The position numbers were made by a program, and so were the translations under genes. A stretch of DNA of 44,274 nucleotides. Origin: a virus (lineage: Duplodnaviria > Caudoviricetes). This document shows, piece by piece, positions 34,717 through 43,530 of the stretch (position 1 is the first letter of the stretch; each line of letters begins with the position of its first letter). The DNA lies in the IMG/VR virus record IMGVR_UViG_3300028585_000515, positions 1 to 44,274 of that record; one strand, given 5' to 3'. The notes below the pieces were generated by a model. It saw nothing but the letters and a program-made list of their open reading frames with translations. It was not told the DNA's origin and did no database searches.

Positions 34717-36504
34717 ATGATCGCCCAGTCCCACCCGCAACCCGCGCCCGCCGATGCGCGCCGCCAGGCCCGCAGCCTGTTCTGGCGCGGGTGGAGCGTG
34801 ACGCAGGCGGCCGAGGAGCTGGGGCTGAACCCCAAGACCGTCGAAAGCTGGAAGATCCGGGAAAAATGGGACGAAGCGCCCATGATCCGCAAGCTCGAGG
34901 ACAGTCTCGAGCTGCAATATATGACGTTGCTGTCCAAGCAGAAATGGACACCGGAAGAGTATAAGCGGCTCGACGCGCTGGGCCGGCAGGTGACCGCGCT
35001 GGCGCGCGTGCGGCGGTTCGCGGCCGAGGGCGGGCATGAGGGCGACCTCAACGACAATGTCGCCAAGCGCAACGCCGCGCCGAAGAAGAAGGCGAGACGC
35101 AACCATTTCACCGCTGAGCAGGCCGCGCAGCTGCGCGAATTGTTCGAGGAAGAGCTGTTCGGTTACCAGACCGACTGGCGCGCCAGGTCGTCGCTGCGGA
35201 CTCGGATCATCCTCAAGTCGCGCCAGATCGGCGCGACCTGGTATTTCGCGCGCGAGGCACTGATCGACGCGATCGAGACGGGTCGCAACCAGATCTTCCT
35301 GTCCGCCTCCAAGGCGCAGGCCCATGTCTTCAAAAATTACATCGTGCAGTTCGCGCTGCGCGTCGGCGTTGAACTCAAGGGCGACCCGATCGTCCTGACC
35401 AGCGACCTGATCGCCGAAGGCGAGCCGGCGGCCGAGCTGCATTTCCTCGGCACCAACTCGAAAACCGCCCAAAGTTATCACGGCAATTTCTATTTCGACG
35501 AATTTTTCTGGGTCTATAATTTCACGAAGCTCAACAATGTCGCCGCCGCGATGGCGAGCCACAAGAAGTGGCGGAAGACCTATTTTTCGACGCCGTCGAG
35601 CATTGCGCACGAAGCCTATGATTTCTGGACCGGGGAGGATCAGAAGAAGCGGCCCGACTATCAAAAAGTCGACCATAGCCACGCCGCGCTGAAGGCCGGC
35701 CAATTGTGCGTCGATCATCGCTGGCGGCAGATCGTCACGCTGACCGATGCGGAAGCGCGCGGGTGCGACCTGTTCGACCATGACGAGATCCGCCGCGACA
35801 ATGCGCCCGACGTCTATGCCAATCTCTATGACTGCCAGTTCGTCGACGACAGCCTGTCCGCGTTCAAGTTCAACGACATGCTGGCGTGCGGCAAGGACAG
35901 TCTGGTCGAGTGGCTGGACGTCGACAGCGAGGCGCGACGACCTTATGGCGACCGCGCGGTCTGGGCGGGCTATGATCCGCAGGAAAGCGACGAGGGCGAT
36001 TATGCGGCGCTGGTGATCTGCGCCGCGCCCGCCGGGCCGCATGAACCGTTTCGCCTGCTCGAGCGCCACCAGCTCCGCGGCGATTTCGACGAGCAGGCGA
36101 CATTCATCAAGGTGATGCTGTCCCGCTATAACTGCACCTATCTCGGGATCGATGCGACCGGCGTGGGGGCCGGTGTCTATCAGATCCTCGCCAAGCCGGA
36201 TTCAGGGATCAAGGGTCTGCGCAAGATCGAATATTCGCTCGAGGTGAAGAGCCATATGATCATGAAGGCGCAGCACACGATCAAGCGCGGCCGGTTGCAG
36301 TTCGATGCCGGCTGGCTCGACATCGTGTCCGCCTTCGTCTCGATCAAGAAAACGCTGACCACCAGCGGGCGCAACATCACCTTCAAGGCGGGGCGCAGCG
36401 GTGGTGACGGCCATGCCGATCTGGCGTGGGCCGTGATGCACATCCTCATGAACGAGCCGCTCGACGGCAAACAGGCCCCCGGTGGCACGATGGAGATTTT
36501 CTGA
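34717..36504 (+). CDS. gpP: Terminase ATPase subunit P
   Basis: ILKSRQIGATWYFAREA, NQIFLSASK.QA, YFDEFFW, TYFSTPS, GYDP, GHADLAWA. Confidence 0.97.
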   Translation: MIAQSHPQPAPADARRQARSLFWRGWSVTQAAEELGLNPKTVESWKIREKWDEAPMIRKLEDSLELQYMTLLSKQKWTPEEYKRLDALGRQVTALARVRRFAAEGGHEGDLNDNVAKRNAAPKKKARRNHFTAEQAAQLRELFEEELFGYQTDWRARSSLRTRIILKSRQIGATWYFAREALIDAIETGRNQIFLSASKAQAHVFKNYIVQFALRVGVELKGDPIVLTSDLIAEGEPAAELHFLGTNSKTAQSYHGNFYFDEFFWVYNFTKLNNVAAAMASHKKWRKTYFSTPSSIAHEAYDFWTGEDQKKRPDYQKVDHSHAALKAGQLCVDHRWRQIVTLTDAEARGCDLFDHDEIRRDNAPDVYANLYDCQFVDDSLSAFKFNDMLACGKDSLVEWLDVDSEARRPYGDRAVWAGYDPQESDEGDYAALVICAAPAGPHEPFRLLERHQLRGDFDEQATFIKVMLSRYNCTYLGIDATGVGAGVYQILAKPDSGIKGLRKIEYSLEVKSHMIMKAQHTIKRGRLQFDAGWLDIVSAFVSIKKTLTTSGRNITFKAGRSGGDGHADLAWAVMHILMNEPLDGKQAPGGTMEIF

Positions 36505-37565
36505 TGAGCAAGCGATCGGCAGCGGCCCGGCGGATGTCCAGGTCGGAGGCGGCGTCAGCCGCGCGGGGCGCGATCGTCGCCAACGACCGGCGCGAGGCGG
36601 TGGAGGCGTTCACCTTCGGCGATCCGGAGCCGGTGCTGAACCGGCGCGAGCTGCTCGACCTGATCGAATGTCCGCATAATGGCCGCTGGTACGAGCCGCC
36701 GCTGTCGCTGGACGGCTTGGCGCGCACCTACCGCGTGTCGCCGCATCATTCGAGCGCGATCATCCTCAAGCGCAAGCTGCTGGTGGCATCGTTCGTGCCG
36801 TCCCGATGGCTGAACCGGGCGACGTTCGAAAAGATCGTTCAGGATTTCCTGATCTTCGGAAATGCGTATGTCGAGCGGCGCGACAATATGCTGGGGCAGC
36901 CGCTGCGGCTGGACCATTCGCTGGCGAAGTTCACCCGGCGGGGCGTGACGCCAGGCACGTTCTTCTTCGTGCCCGGCGGGATGGACGAGATCGCATATCG
37001 TCCGGACAGCATGTTCCAGTTGATGCAGCCCGACATCAATCAGGAGATTTATGGCCTGCCGGAATATATCTCGGCGTTACAATCCGCCCTGCTCAACGAG
37101 AATGCGACGCTGTTCCGCCGGCGCTATTATCTGAACGGGTCGCACGCCGGGTTCATCCTCCACACCACGGGCGATTTCGCGGACGGCGCGATCGATAGCA
37201 TCAAGGCCGCGCTGAAGAATGCGAAGGGGCCGGGGAATTTCCGCAACCTGCTGATCCATCAGGCAGGCGGCAAGGATGGCGGGGTCAAGCTGATCCCGAT
37301 CGCCGAAGTGGGCGCGAAGGACGAATTTCTGGGGATCAAGAACACCACGCGCGACGACATTCTCGCCGCGCACCGGACGCCGCCGGCGCTGCTCGGGATC
37401 ATCCCGACGAACGCCGGCGGGCTGGGCGATCCGGCGAAGGCGACGGACATGTTCTTCGAGCTGGAAATCGAGCCGATGCAGCCGACGTTCGAGCAAATCA
37501 ACGACTGGCTGGGCCTGCCGGCCGTTGCCTTCCGACAGCGGGCGTCGTCTGCCACCGCAGCCTAA
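36504..37565 (+). CDS. gpQ: Portal protein Q (PBSX family)
   Basis: AFTFGDPEPV...WYEPP.S..GLA...HH.SAI...QEIYG.PEY..AL.SA.LNE.ATLFRRRYY.NG.HAGFI. Confidence 0.97.
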   Translation: MSKRSAAARRMSRSEAASAARGAIVANDRREAVEAFTFGDPEPVLNRRELLDLIECPHNGRWYEPPLSLDGLARTYRVSPHHSSAIILKRKLLVASFVPSRWLNRATFEKIVQDFLIFGNAYVERRDNMLGQPLRLDHSLAKFTRRGVTPGTFFFVPGGMDEIAYRPDSMFQLMQPDINQEIYGLPEYISALQSALLNENATLFRRRYYLNGSHAGFILHTTGDFADGAIDSIKAALKNAKGPGNFRNLLIHQAGGKDGGVKLIPIAEVGAKDEFLGIKNTTRDDILAAHRTPPALLGIIPTNAGGLGDPAKATDMFFELEIEPMQPTFEQINDWLGLPAVAFRQRASSATAA

Positions 37566-37719
37566 ATGACCGGGTTTGGTGGGAACCGACCAGTCCGCTT
37601 TCAGGCGCGCAGATGGCGTAAGCGGCCTTTTGTCTATCTGAAGCGAAACGGCAGCAACGCGCCTTGCATATCGCCGTCTGAAGCGTTCAGCGCTGACCTC
37701 AATCCCTTCTGCAAAATCG

Positions 37720-38262
37720 TTAGAACGTTAACTTTGACTGAAGTCCCCTTGTTGCAGCTGGCAGTCTCTTGCCGTAGATAGCTTGATAGAGCGCGTCTAG
37801 GCAGTCGACGATTGCTTGGATGCTTGTCGCAACATCCTGCTTTGTCAGCTTCGTGACGTCCTTAGGATGAGATATCTGGTTGCGGACCTTTAAAGACGCC
37901 TTCAGCTTTGTCCACCAGGGTGTATCTTTATTGAGCGTCGACTTAGTGAATCGCGCGAACATGAACAAAATACGATCTTCTAGGCGGTGCATCTTTAGCG
38001 CGCTATTCAGTTTAAACTGGCCATTTTCTAGGCGAACCTCCCGCTCTAGCAGGATCGATTTTTCGTGCGCTGTCAGCCCTTTCTGAAGTGCCATTTCATC
38101 AGATACCGCGTTGACGTGAGCCTCGAGCGCGCAGAACGCCAGGACCATGCCCGCGTGAAGATTGGCGTTCACGCCCTCATCTTCGCTGGCCTCACCGGCG
38201 AGCTCCAGAAACCGCTTTGCCTCTTCGAGTAAAAGCGACGCAAACGTGTCGATGCTATCCAT
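37720..38262 (-). CDS. HEPN-like protein (putative RNase effector)
   Basis: Helical protein with an N-terminal ALEAHVN motif and C-terminal RNQISH (Rx4H, 37867-37884); start overlaps the upstream stop. Confidence 0.7.
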   Translation of the reverse strand: MDSIDTFASLLLEEAKRFLELAGEASEDEGVNANLHAGMVLAFCALEAHVNAVSDEMALQKGLTAHEKSILLEREVRLENGQFKLNSALKMHRLEDRILFMFARFTKSTLNKDTPWWTKLKASLKVRNQISHPKDVTKLTKQDVATSIQAIVDCLDALYQAIYGKRLPAATRGLQSKLTF

Positions 38263-39487
38263 TGGCGCGAGCGTTTTTGGCTTTTTCCTTCTCGACCTCA
38301 AGCTGAGCCTGCTTGGCGTGATATTTCATGATCCCTACGTTGATGTTCCCCTTGGTGATCCCGGACCCATCCTCCGCTTGCAGGAAGAACAGTTCGGCAA
38401 ACCGGCCACGCTCTTTGGCATCATTGCGGTAGCCAAGCCCGCGGTATTGATCGCTGTCAGACTTGTGACGCCCTTTGACGAGCGCGCTGACGTTCAATGG
38501 ATCGTGGCCGGTGGCATCGGCAAGGGCATAGTGCCGTTGCAGGCGTACGGCGTTCGTGCGCAGAACACCCGCCACGAATGCCCAGGCGGTCAGTAGGGCC
38601 ATGTTGCTAGCCTTTTCCGGATAATCCACGGGCGGCTTCGGCTTCTTGCCTTCGAACGCTTTCCGCTGGGCTACGGCGAGACGCGCAAATTCCTGACCCG
38701 CACGCTTCAATTCGGTATCCGTCCAAAGGTTGGGTTGTGCAGCTTTTACATCATCCCACACCACGTCGTGCTGCCCCGTTACCAAGATCGGCGGCGAGGT
38801 CTCCTTACTGTCGAATTCGACGGCAGGGACCTCCGTGCCAGCGTAGTAGCTCGCAATGAACGTGCGGGCCGTCTGCACGGTGACAGCGCCGCGGGATTTT
38901 CGATCCGCAAAGTCCTCGCCCGGGTCGAGCAGACCGACTGACTGACACCATTCGCGAAGCTGGGGTCCGGTCACCGTCTCATGCATGCGGTCGAAGAGGT
39001 CCGACGATATCGCGATCACGGTGTTGGATATTAGCTGAGCGTCGAGCCGCTGTTCGGTCGTCAGATCAAGATAAATCTTCACGCCGTGCCATTCGTCGAC
39101 GCCTTCTTGCAATGCCTGTGCAATGGCATGGTAGCGATGTTGACCGCCGATGATCAGCAGCGGTCTGTCGGTCGGCTTCTCGTGCCAATACTCTGCGACG
39201 ATCCCGCTAAAGCTACGCCGTGCCTTAGCGTCGATCTTCATTTTCGCGAAAGCCGGGGCGTTGCTGACTACGTCGCGGTTGGCGCGATAGTCGCCCTGCT
39301 CTTCCGGATCGAGCGGCGCGTCGGGGGTTGCGAGCTCAACAAACTTGCTGCCGCGAACGTGGCAATCGCAATACCGCGCACTCGTCCGCTCGTCGGTGAT
39401 GATGAACAGTTTGTCGAGGCCTTCCATCGGGGCGAGCGCCGCCACGAGCTCCTCCTTGATTTCCTCTAGCGATTTGCCCGTTGCCAT
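38255..39487 (-). CDS. DGQHR-like (ParB/Sulfiredoxin, DndB-type) domain protein, 410 aa
   Basis: YRANR...LLIIGGQHRYHAI (39134-39148)...QLISN follows the DGQHR motif order, with D replaced by G. Confidence 0.7.
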   Translation of the reverse strand: MATGKSLEEIKEELVAALAPMEGLDKLFIITDERTSARYCDCHVRGSKFVELATPDAPLDPEEQGDYRANRDVVSNAPAFAKMKIDAKARRSFSGIVAEYWHEKPTDRPLLIIGGQHRYHAIAQALQEGVDEWHGVKIYLDLTTEQRLDAQLISNTVIAISSDLFDRMHETVTGPQLREWCQSVGLLDPGEDFADRKSRGAVTVQTARTFIASYYAGTEVPAVEFDSKETSPPILVTGQHDVVWDDVKAAQPNLWTDTELKRAGQEFARLAVAQRKAFEGKKPKPPVDYPEKASNMALLTAWAFVAGVLRTNAVRLQRHYALADATGHDPLNVSALVKGRHKSDSDQYRGLGYRNDAKERGRFAELFFLQAEDGSGITKGNINVGIMKYHAKQAQLEVEKEKAKNARANG

Positions 39488-39670
39488 CTTCTTCCTCTCT
39501 CACGATGCCGCAGAGGATAAGCCGCTTAGGGAGGACGACGCAATCAATGCATCGTCCGCCTGTTCATTGCACGGAGCGCTGATTGACGGGGTGGCGTAGT
39601 ACGATGAACGAACGTTGGCTTTGGAGCGATGCGAACGCCGACCTGAGCGACTGACTTTGGGCGAAAGCGG

Positions 39671-39979
39671 TCAACCAATTTGCGATGCAGGCCGTGACCT
39701 TCCAGCCGCGTGCGACATCGGTCGCCGCTGCCTGAATGATCGCTTTTCTGGTTCAGGTGGCGGCGTCGGTCGCGCCGGGACCGGGGGACCGGAGGCGATG
39801 ACGATCGCTGCCGGCACCGTGACGAACAGCACGCGACGTTCCGGATCCCAATCGGCGACCCCGGCCGCTATCGCGTCGGCCTGCGCGTCCTGTAGGGTCG
39901 GTCGCCATGGCGCGATCGGCTTGTTGAGCATCATCAACCGGTAGCGCTTCACCGGTCGGTCCGCACGATTCGTGGTCAT
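39671..39979 (-). CDS. Small hypothetical protein, second gene of the LexA-boxed operon
   Basis: ATGA coupling; YRLM....PIAPWR.T...A..DAI..G.A. Confidence 0.6.
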   Translation of the reverse strand: MTTNRADRPVKRYRLMMLNKPIAPWRPTLQDAQADAIAAGVADWDPERRVLFVTVPAAIVIASGPPVPARPTPPPEPEKRSFRQRRPMSHAAGRSRPASQIG

Positions 39980-40314
39980 ACCCGTCTCTCCGCCTGCCGA
40001 CGCCGATGCCGCGCAATTGCCGTGATGATTTCCGGGGTCTGCACGATCCCGACCGCGCGGTAGATGCCGTTCAGCGGCGGCACCGTGGCTTGCTGCGCCC
40101 TTAGGGCTTCGGGTGACGGGCCGACGGGCTGATCGATCACGGCCCTCCAGAACTCGTCGAACAGCGCACGATCTCGGTCGCTGACCGCGTAGAGAAACGC
40201 GAGGGCCAGGCGCAGGCCGGGATCCGGCTCGACAGGCTGTCTACCGACGCGGGCACCAGCATCTTCCAGCACCGCCAGCGCCTTGATCTTGAGGGATTCG
40301 ATCGGGATCCGCAT
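39976..40314 (-). CDS. Hypothetical helical protein behind a LexA box (candidate antirepressor)
   Basis: MRIPIESLKIKALAVLE...LRLALAFLY...FW; SOS box 13 bp upstream. Confidence 0.65.
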   Translation of the reverse strand: MRIPIESLKIKALAVLEDAGARVGRQPVEPDPGLRLALAFLYAVSDRDRALFDEFWRAVIDQPVGPSPEALRAQQATVPPLNGIYRAVGIVQTPEIITAIARHRRRQAERRV

Positions 40315-40326
40315 CCGACCATATGA

Positions 40327-40341
40327 GAACATAATAAGAAC
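40327..40341 (-). promoter_or_regulatory. Alphaproteobacterial LexA (SOS) box
   Basis: GAAC-ATAATAA-GAAC (GTTC-N7-GTTC on minus), AT-rich spacer, TTGAAA just upstream on the minus strand. Confidence 0.85.
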
Positions 40342-40358
40342 ATTTCAAGTGGAAGGGG

Positions 40359-40658
40359 CTATCCCAGCATGGTCCAGCCAAGCAACCCGACCAGCAGCAC
40401 GCCGACGACTAGCGCGCGGTTCATCCGGCGATGTTCGGCGCTGGTGTCTCCAGCCGCCACCAGCGGCTCGATCCTGTTGACGTCCAACTCTGCGAAGCCG
40501 ACGCGGAAGCCTTCGATCCTGACCCGCTGCCCGATCAGCCGACGCGCGCGGCGCGGCGCGGACAACTGCCAGCGGCCGCCATCGTCGCGCACCAAGCCTA
40601 GCGAGCGACCGTCATGGTCAAGCTGACCAATCTCGACGTGGTGGGATCCGCGCGGCAT
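40359..40658 (-). CDS. DUF5818-like small OB-fold protein with C-terminal TM tail
   Basis: G.L......L.RDDGGRWQL......L.G.RVR.EG.R.GF..LDV. Confidence 0.65.
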   Translation of the reverse strand: MPRGSHHVEIGQLDHDGRSLGLVRDDGGRWQLSAPRRARRLIGQRVRIEGFRVGFAELDVNRIEPLVAAGDTSAEHRRMNRALVVGVLLVGLLGWTMLG

Positions 40659-40730
40659 CGGCCGACCATGCCCGACCAGTCAGGCCGGCGCCACCCCCCT
40701 GCCGCCCCGGACCTGCGACCCCAAATCGAT

Positions 40731-40751
40731 CGCTTTTCCCCCCGCCTCGCC
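40731..40751 (-). other. P2-type cos (cohesive end) site
   Basis: Minus strand AAAAGCGGGCA-GGCGAGGCGGGGGGAAAAGCG, compared with P2 cos GGCGAGGCGGGGAAAGCAC; correct position and orientation relative to Q. Confidence 0.85.
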
Positions 40752-41169
40752 TGCCCGCTTTTCGTGTCGCTTTTACTGCACCGTTTCGCCCCGTCAGGAG
40801 GGCCTGGAAAGCAGCCCACGGCGGGCGGTTCTTTGACGTGAGGGCGTGGGGTGACCGTACTGCGGATTACTGCACCCTCGGGCTGATTTAGACGCCCTCG
40901 CGACATTGGGTGCATGGATCGTGGGAAACGCCTGTTTCGCTCCGCACGGACCGGTCCCAAGCCTCTGTCGCAACATTCGGTCTAGATCTCACGTCACGGC
41001 CGAGACGCTTCGGATTTCGCTTGCTCCCCCGGGGAGCCTCGGGGCGGCGTAGCCGCACCGTCGACCGCACGACTGGAAACCTCGCGGCGGCAAGGGTGGA
41101 AGGTTTTCGCACTGGATCCAGCAAACTGCGCACGCCGAAGGCGTTCCTCATTCTCTTCAATGCTACCGA

Positions 41170-41865
41170 TTATGGATTCTTGCCGTTCAGAGGAACCGCG
41201 TTAGTTCCATCGACGGCCATGCCGAGGCGAGCGAACGACGCCGCCAAACGCGGGTCGTCGAAACGCATTGCCATCTCTTCGCGTAGAGGCTGGCTTTCGA
41301 GCATTCGCTCCAGCTCGGCCGCGTCGCCGGCACGGCGATCGACGTCATCGATGGGCACGGGAGCCTTGGCCCGCATACGCGCGACCAGTGCGCGCGCCTT
41401 CGCCGGCAGATCGAGCCGGTAGGCGTTGCTGATCTGGCGTATCTGCGGCCCCGGACCGGGGTTGTCGACCGGTTCGGTGCGCCTGATCCAATCCAGAAAG
41501 CCGTGCTGCTTCAGCGCCGCCAGTGCCTTGCAGACAGCGCTGGGTGCGCGCTTCACCCGCTCGGCGATCGTCGCGATCGCAGGATCCAGCCGGCCGGTGC
41601 GGCGGCAGACCATCGCATAGAGCGTCTCGAGGATCTCGATGCCGATATGACCGAGCGGACCGTTGCGCTTGCCTGGCTGTTTGTGGCTGCGGTTGTAGGA
41701 CTTCGCCGCAGTCATGCGTGCGAAGATCTCGTTCCTGGGGATCGGCCGGTAGAAGCGATCTTCCCGTTCGCCGACATTGTAGCTGTTGCGCCGCACGGGC
41801 TGGAAAGTCCGGCGTGCTTTTGCTGTCACTCCGGTAGCAATCTCGGAGACGGAGCGCGCCGTCAT
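41170..41865 (-). CDS. Helix-turn-helix replication initiator-like protein
   Basis: G.LG..G...L..L......TGRLDP.I..IA......S.V..AL..L...GFL.W.RR...Q.SNAY resembles plasmid/phage HTH Rep proteins. Confidence 0.7.
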   Translation of the reverse strand: MTARSVSEIATGVTAKARRTFQPVRRNSYNVGEREDRFYRPIPRNEIFARMTAAKSYNRSHKQPGKRNGPLGHIGIEILETLYAMVCRRTGRLDPAIATIAERVKRAPSAVCKALAALKQHGFLDWIRRTEPVDNPGPGPQIRQISNAYRLDLPAKARALVARMRAKAPVPIDDVDRRAGDAAELERMLESQPLREEMAMRFDDPRLAASFARLGMAVDGTNAVPLNGKNP

Positions 41866-41890
41866 GCTGCCGCTCCCATCGTCCGAAAGC

Positions 41891-43144
41891 CTAGCGGCGC
41901 TTGCCTTCCAACAGCGCCTCGGCTGGACGCAAACCGTCGAGCAGCATGTCCGCCCATTCCTGCGCCAGCGCGCGCCGGCGCGGCATGTACGCCGCCCGGT
42001 TGTACTTGCTTTCGACCCCGCTCGGCAGATGCGCCAGCATCAGATCGATGATCGCGCGATCGGCGGGACGGTCGAGATCCTGCGCATGCCCGTTCATGAT
42101 GGTCGAGAAAGTCGACCGCCATCCGTGCGGCACATGCCGGCCGCGATATTCCGGCAGACGGTTGTAGAGATAGCCCACCGCGTTTTCGCTCATCGGCCGA
42201 TGGACGTTGCGCTCGCTCGGGAAGACGATCTTGCTCCTGGCGCTGAACGTGCGCGCGACCGTCAGCACCTCGACGGATTGCCGCGATAGCGGCACGAGGA
42301 AGTCGTACCGGTCGTTCTGCTTGCGCTCCACGATCAGCTTCATCCGTTCCGCCGGCACATGCCAAAGCGGTGCCGGTCCATCCAGATCGAGGAGCTCGGC
42401 CCACGGAAGAAACCGAACAACGCCCGGCCGAACGGCCGTCAGCGCGATAAACCGCGACATGAGTTTGGTGATGGGATGCGCAATCGAGGCCTCGGCCGCA
42501 ATCAGAAGCGCCCTCGCCTCCTCGATGGTCAGCAGCGCCGGCTGGCGCCCTTTGATCAGCGGCTGCAATGCGCCGACGATGACCGCGGCCGGGTCGCTGG
42601 TCGCCTTGCTGTTGGCGATCGCGTAGCCGAAGATTGCCGAGATCCGCTGCCGCACCCGCCGCGCCGTCTCGATCGCGGGCCGGGCCTCGATCGCGCGCAC
42701 GATGGCGAGCACCTGATCCGATCGGACCTTTGCAATATCGAGCGTGCCGATCGTCGGGAACACATAGTCCGCCAAGCTGCGGAGAACGTCCTCCGCATAC
42801 TTCTCCGACCAGATCGCCTTCTGCAACAGATGCCACTCTCCGGCGATCGTCTCGAATTGACGAGATCGGTCGGTTTCCGTGGAAAGGGATTTCCCTGCGG
42901 TCGATGGATCCAGTCCAGCTCGCAGCACGCGGCGAGCTTCCTCGGCCAGCCGACGTGCTTCCTTTAACCCGATCTGCGGGTACGGCCCAAAGGTGAGCAG
43001 CTTTTCCTTTTTCTCGAAACGGTATTTCATCCGCCAAGATCGAAAGCCCGACGTCGTGACGAGCAGGAAAAGTCCTTGGCTGTCGGCGAGCTTGTATGGA
43101 GTCGCCCGTTTCTCCGCCGCCTTGCACTGGATATCGGTCAGCAC
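41891..43144 (-). CDS. int: P4-like tyrosine integrase with arm-binding domain
   Basis: LTD...K.....YKLAD..GL.L.V...G...WR.KYR, LTAVRPG, PHGWRSTFST, LAH, YNRA.Y; GTG start. Confidence 0.96.
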   Translation of the reverse strand: MLTDIQCKAAEKRATPYKLADSQGLFLLVTTSGFRSWRMKYRFEKKEKLLTFGPYPQIGLKEARRLAEEARRVLRAGLDPSTAGKSLSTETDRSRQFETIAGEWHLLQKAIWSEKYAEDVLRSLADYVFPTIGTLDIAKVRSDQVLAIVRAIEARPAIETARRVRQRISAIFGYAIANSKATSDPAAVIVGALQPLIKGRQPALLTIEEARALLIAAEASIAHPITKLMSRFIALTAVRPGVVRFLPWAELLDLDGPAPLWHVPAERMKLIVERKQNDRYDFLVPLSRQSVEVLTVARTFSARSKIVFPSERNVHRPMSENAVGYLYNRLPEYRGRHVPHGWRSTFSTIMNGHAQDLDRPADRAIIDLMLAHLPSGVESKYNRAAYMPRRRALAQEWADMLLDGLRPAEALLEGKRR

Positions 43145-43146
43145 CC

Positions 43147-43190
43147 GATACCCCCACGGCCGAGGGACGATACCCCCAGAATACCCCCAA
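43147..43190. repeat. Integrase arm-type sites, three copies of ATACCCCCA
   Basis: Direct repeats at 43148, 43170 and 43181 between int and the tRNA. Confidence 0.75.
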
Positions 43191-43205
43191 GATGCGAAAG
43201 CTGAA

Positions 43206-43309
43206 GTGAGCGGCTGTGAGACATTGCGAGACGTCGTATTCCGCGCAAAACCCAACAAAGCAACGGGTTTCCAGCCCTTGTGAGACGCCCTGAGCTGTTG
43301 TGAAATCCC
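43206..43309. repeat. Two triplets of 10-bp-phased GTGAGA-like repeats (candidate excisionase sites)
   Basis: GTGAGCGGCT GTGAGACATT GCGAGACGTC (43206-43235) and GTGAGACGCC CTGAGCTGTT GTGAAATCCC (43280-43309). Confidence 0.55.
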
Positions 43310-43324
43310 CCTGAAATCGGGGTC

Positions 43325-43410
43325 TGGTGGACAGGGCTGGATTCGAACCAGCGTACGCTTGCACGGGCAGATTTACAGTCTGCTGCCTTTAACCACTCGG
43401 CCACCTGTCC
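43325..43410 (-). tRNA. tRNA-Tyr (GTA), prophage attachment site
   Basis: GGACAGG...GAGTGGTTAAAG...GCAGA-CTGTAAA-TCTGC, long variable arm, GGTTCGAATCC, CCTGTCC-ACCA; TTGACA upstream at 43464-43459. Confidence 0.97.
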
Positions 43411-43530
43411 CCGGGGCGTCCCTGCGGGAGGCGGCTCAATGGCGAATAGGGGCGGGGCTGTCAACGCCCCGTTCGCATCATTCGCGTCAAGCAGATGGCA
43501 AAAGCCCGTCCGGCCCGCTAAGGCCCCGCC

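Larger units (their letters stand above)
1..43324. mobile_element. P2-like temperate prophage integrated at the 3' end of tRNA-Tyr; left boundary lies outside the window
   Basis: P2-type morphogenesis set (Q,P,O,N,M,L,X,R,S,J,I,V,W,FI,FII,E/E',T,U,D), P2-like cos, Ogr, cI/cro, lysis genes, and a tyrosine integrase directly downstream of a tRNA. Confidence 0.96.

Noticed and set aside
38255-39487. Dnd phosphorothioate system or ParABS partition module
   Set aside because: No dndACDE, parA or parS nearby; only the DGQHR-like motif is shared
41862-43364. 500-aa ORF overlapping the integrase and tRNA
   Set aside because: Alternative frame of int with no recognisable features; runs into the tRNA
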